Origin: an uncultured Eubacteriales bacterium
Lineage (GTDB): Bacteria > Bacillota > Clostridia > Oscillospirales > CAG-272
Length of the DNA: 64,000 bases
Assembly (NCBI GenBank): GCA_934373635.1
Contig: CAKROZ010000005.1
Span: forward strand, 20,356-84,355
Direction of reading: 5' to 3'
Positions 61,419-64,000 of the stretch are shown here, piece by piece. The notes below the pieces were generated by a model. The model was not told the DNA's origin. It was given only the letters and a program-made list of their open reading frames with translations, and did not search any database. Each line of letters opens with the position of its first letter. The first letter of the stretch is position 1. Both the position numbers and the translations under genes were made by a program.

Positions 61419-62199
61419 TCGTTTCGTCTTCCTTTTTTATATACTCGACATAGGCGTAGCTTTGCTCTTTTTGGACGGTTTCTTTCATGAAATTGTAAAC
61501 TTTATCACGCATTTCGGTCTTGTTTTCACATTCCTTCGGGAAGATCGGCTTCCCGATCGTGACCTTTACGGTCGGGGGGAGGAAGCGGAGGATCCGCCGC
61601 TTATGATACGTGACGGTAAAGCCGACGGCGGGCACGCCGAAGAGGAACGGATAGGAAAAGGAAGCGTCGGAAAAATGACGGATGTCATTATAGTAGGGCC
61701 AGATATGCGCCTCGGGATAGACGGTGACGACCTCTCCCTTCCCGATCAGGTGTTTCATCTCATGGAGGAGATGCCTTGCGGCGCACATGTCGGCGGGCAC
61801 GGGGATCGCCCCCATGAAGGGAACGATGGCGCGTGCGACGGGGATCGACACGATGTCGGGGTGGACGAGGACGTTCGCCTTCTTCGGGAAGGTAATCATC
61901 GTGGGGGTGAAGGCATCCCCGCCCATCTGCGTATGGTTGCCGTACAGAAGGTAACCGCCGCGGAGCCCGCGGAGGTTCCGTCTGCCGCGCACGCGGAGTC
62001 CGCGTCCGACGTACATATAGAGGGCGGCAATAGGGGTGGCGAGAAGACGGTAGAGCAAGATCTCGACGATCTTCCAGAAGACATTTTTTTCGTGTGAATA
62101 GCGATATTTCCCGTCGATCTTTCTTGCGTCGATCTTATTATGTGTCGAGGCGAAGTCGTCATTCAGCTCGTCGGTATAATAGATGGTCCGTTTTTTCAT
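61396..62199 (-). CDS. Lysophospholipid (PlsC-family) acyltransferase
   Basis: YGNHTQMGGD (H-x4/5-D block) and VTVYPEAH (the EGTR-equivalent block). Confidence 0.75.
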   Translation of the reverse strand: MKKRTIYYTDELNDDFASTHNKIDARKIDGKYRYSHEKNVFWKIVEILLYRLLATPIAALYMYVGRGLRVRGRRNLRGLRGGYLLYGNHTQMGGDAFTPTMITFPKKANVLVHPDIVSIPVARAIVPFMGAIPVPADMCAARHLLHEMKHLIGKGEVVTVYPEAHIWPYYNDIRHFSDASFSYPFLFGVPAVGFTVTYHKRRILRFLPPTVKVTIGKPIFPKECENKTEMRDKVYNFMKETVQKEQSYAYVEYIKKEDETNEDHRSM

Positions 62200-62206
62200 T
62201 CCGTCG

Positions 62207-63061
62207 TCACGCCCGTGTCGCAGGCACCGCTTCCGCGGTCGCGCACCCGGCGTCCTCTTTCATAAATTCGTCGTAGAAGGCATAGTCGGTATCGAAATGG
62301 GTGATTTTCAGCCGTTTATGCACGGCATCCCTTTGCCACTGCTTGATGTTATAGATATGGAACGGGAACCAGACGATGCCCTTATTGAAGTGCTTGATTA
62401 CGGTCTCGGGGGTGATGCCGCGCTGTTCGTTGAAACGGCGCTCCAAGGTATAGCGGGCGGTGGCGCTCCGATGAATTGCCGACTGGTCGGGCATGGCAAA
62501 CCACTTCTCGCGGATGAGCTTCCGACAGGCACGGAACATGCCCGTCTCTCGGATCTTCGCGAGGTTGAGAAGAAGGACGCCCGAGTTGCAATAATCCTTC
62601 GCGACCCAGAAGGTGCCCATGTAGTCGAGGACGGCGCCGTACTCGTACTCCGAGATGTCGATGTCCCAGAGCTCGCGGATGTCGCGGCACGCCATGGTAT
62701 CAATGTCGAGGTAGATCGCCTTATCGTAAGGGATGACCGCGGGGTCGTCGGCAAGCAGGCGAAGCAGGGCGTAGGGGGTATAGGAATTTTTCAGATTCTT
62801 GCCGCCGTCGAAGGCGTCGACGAATTCCTTCGTCAGGTCGACGCGCACGGCGCGGCTCTCGGGATGAAAGCGCTTTAAGGCTCGGTCGAGGGTGTCGACG
62901 TGCTCCTTTGTGATCGGGAGATATTTCGGATTCGCGGCGGAATCGTCCATCGTCAGAATACGGATCTCGAGCGCCTCCTCGGTGCGGCGCGCAACGCTCA
63001 CCGCCGAGAGGAACACGCCCTCGAAGATCCTGTCGTTTCCGCAATAAAAGATCGGTATCAT
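62207..63061 (-). CDS. Glycosyltransferase family 8
   Basis: Trimmed to ATG 63061. YLDIDTM (DxD) and NSGVLLLNL motifs. Confidence 0.8.
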   Translation of the reverse strand: MIPIFYCGNDRIFEGVFLSAVSVARRTEEALEIRILTMDDSAANPKYLPITKEHVDTLDRALKRFHPESRAVRVDLTKEFVDAFDGGKNLKNSYTPYALLRLLADDPAVIPYDKAIYLDIDTMACRDIRELWDIDISEYEYGAVLDYMGTFWVAKDYCNSGVLLLNLAKIRETGMFRACRKLIREKWFAMPDQSAIHRSATARYTLERRFNEQRGITPETVIKHFNKGIVWFPFHIYNIKQWQRDAVHKRLKITHFDTDYAFYDEFMKEDAGCATAEAVPATRA

Positions 63062-64000
63062 TCGGGTTCTCCTTCCGTTTCGGGAATTTCGGGGGTCGCT
63101 CTTCTCTTCTCCCGCGCCGTGCGCCATTCAAGGAAGAAGTAGGAGAGCATACTGACAAGGATAGTAAAATAGTAGGTGATGAGACGCCAGATGAGCATTC
63201 CGCCGTAGCTCACCGCGCCCCCGGCACCGAGCGCCAAGGCGGCGAAGATGCCCGAAAAGGCGAATTCGATACCGCCGCTCGAGCCCGGGGTGGGGACGAA
63301 GACAACGGTCGTGACGGCAAAGGCGGAGCCGAGCACCACGAAGAGAAGACGGTCAAAGCCGATATCGAGATGCAGGGCGCGGATGATGAAGAAGGTGACG
63401 GCGTAGTAGAAAAACATGGTGACAAAGCGGGTGAGATAGCAGAGGGCGAAGGTCTTCTTATCCCGCCAAAGAGCGCGAAACGCCGTCTGCGTATTCTCGG
63501 TATACTCGGTGAACGCCGCCGTCCTTTTCTCGATGAAATCGTGCAGAAAGCCGATGTGCGAAAAGAGGTGCATGAGGGAGACGATCCATCCGCGCACGCG
63601 TCGGCTCGTCCCGAGGATCACGGTACAGATGAGGACGAGGAAGTTCGCGGAAAAGCCGACGATCGCGACGATGCCCATTCCCTCGGAGCGGATGAAATCC
63701 CGCGCGTAGATAAGGGAAAGCAGGGCGTAGGTATTCGTGACCATCATGAAGATCAGAAAGTTCATGATGAGGAGTCCCGTCGCGTCGGCGAGAGTTGTCT
63801 TTTTCTTCGAGAGGGCATATGCCTGAAATGGCTGCCCGCCCGTGGCGAAGGGAGTGATGCCGTTGAAAAAGTGCTCGGTCATACCGATGGTATAGACGTC
63901 TCCGAAACGGGCGGGGATCCCCTTCGAGCGGGCAAGGAGGCAGAGGGTCAGCGGGTAGAGAGCGAGATAGACAAGGACGAAAAGCAGAGCGACGAGGACA
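63058..64000 (-). CDS. Flippase-like membrane protein (LPG-synthase TM / UPF0104 family), N-terminus outside the window
   Basis: The frame stays open to the window end (…VLVALLFVLVYLALYPL...). FFNGITPFATGGQPFQAYAL is the family signature. Confidence 0.7.
   Translation of the reverse strand, partial: VLVALLFVLVYLALYPLTLCLLARSKGIPARFGDVYTIGMTEHFFNGITPFATGGQPFQAYALSKKKTTLADATGLLIMNFLIFMMVTNTYALLSLIYARDFIRSEGMGIVAIVGFSANFLVLICTVILGTSRRVRGWIVSLMHLFSHIGFLHDFIEKRTAAFTEYTENTQTAFRALWRDKKTFALCYLTRFVTMFFYYAVTFFIIRALHLDIGFDRLLFVVLGSAFAVTTVVFVPTPGSSGGIEFAFSGIFAALALGAGGAVSYGGMLIWRLITYYFTILVSMLSYFFLEWRTAREKRRATPEIPETEGEPE

Overview
The sequence looks like a high-GC Firmicutes (Clostridia-like) chromosome. 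That taxonomic call is inferred from gene content, RBS style and operon order.

Positions 1-20029 are the right-hand part of a temperate siphovirus-like prophage. Most of its genes are on the minus strand:
- Head module: major capsid (cut by the window edge), scaffold, a phage-encoded Prp-like protease, portal, TerL and TerS.
- An AT-richer accessory block containing an ASCH protein and a PAPS-reductase-family protein.
- Replication and recombination: DUF1064, replisome organizer with internal iterons, SSB, HNH-like protein, NinB-like protein, YqaJ exonuclease and a Sak/Rad52-like annealase.
- A cro/cI switch with two back-to-back consensus promoters.
- Two paralogous membrane proteins transcribed with cI.
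- A three-gene MqsR-like toxin / MqsA-like antitoxin / SecB-like chaperone (TAC) module.
- A tyrosine integrase that faces the 3' end of tRNA-Ser(GCU).

Positions 20030-64000 are core chromosome. They carry hom, an AGCS symporter, a two-component system, the conserved priA-def-fmt-rsmB-rlmN-rsgA block, rpoZ/remA/yicC/nrdR, aspS, fhs, pepF, a MATE pump, and sugar and glycolipid genes. They also carry an AT-richer island encoding a 1035-aa secreted repeat protein.

The least explained signal is a family of AT-only heptamer arrays, (GAATTAT)n, at seven or more intergenic sites. Some come with longer shared modules and tandem arrays. One inverted pair brackets a four-helix-bundle (23S rRNA IVS/Avd-family) gene cassette.

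Gene starts were refined by hand from the ORF track. No database search was possible.
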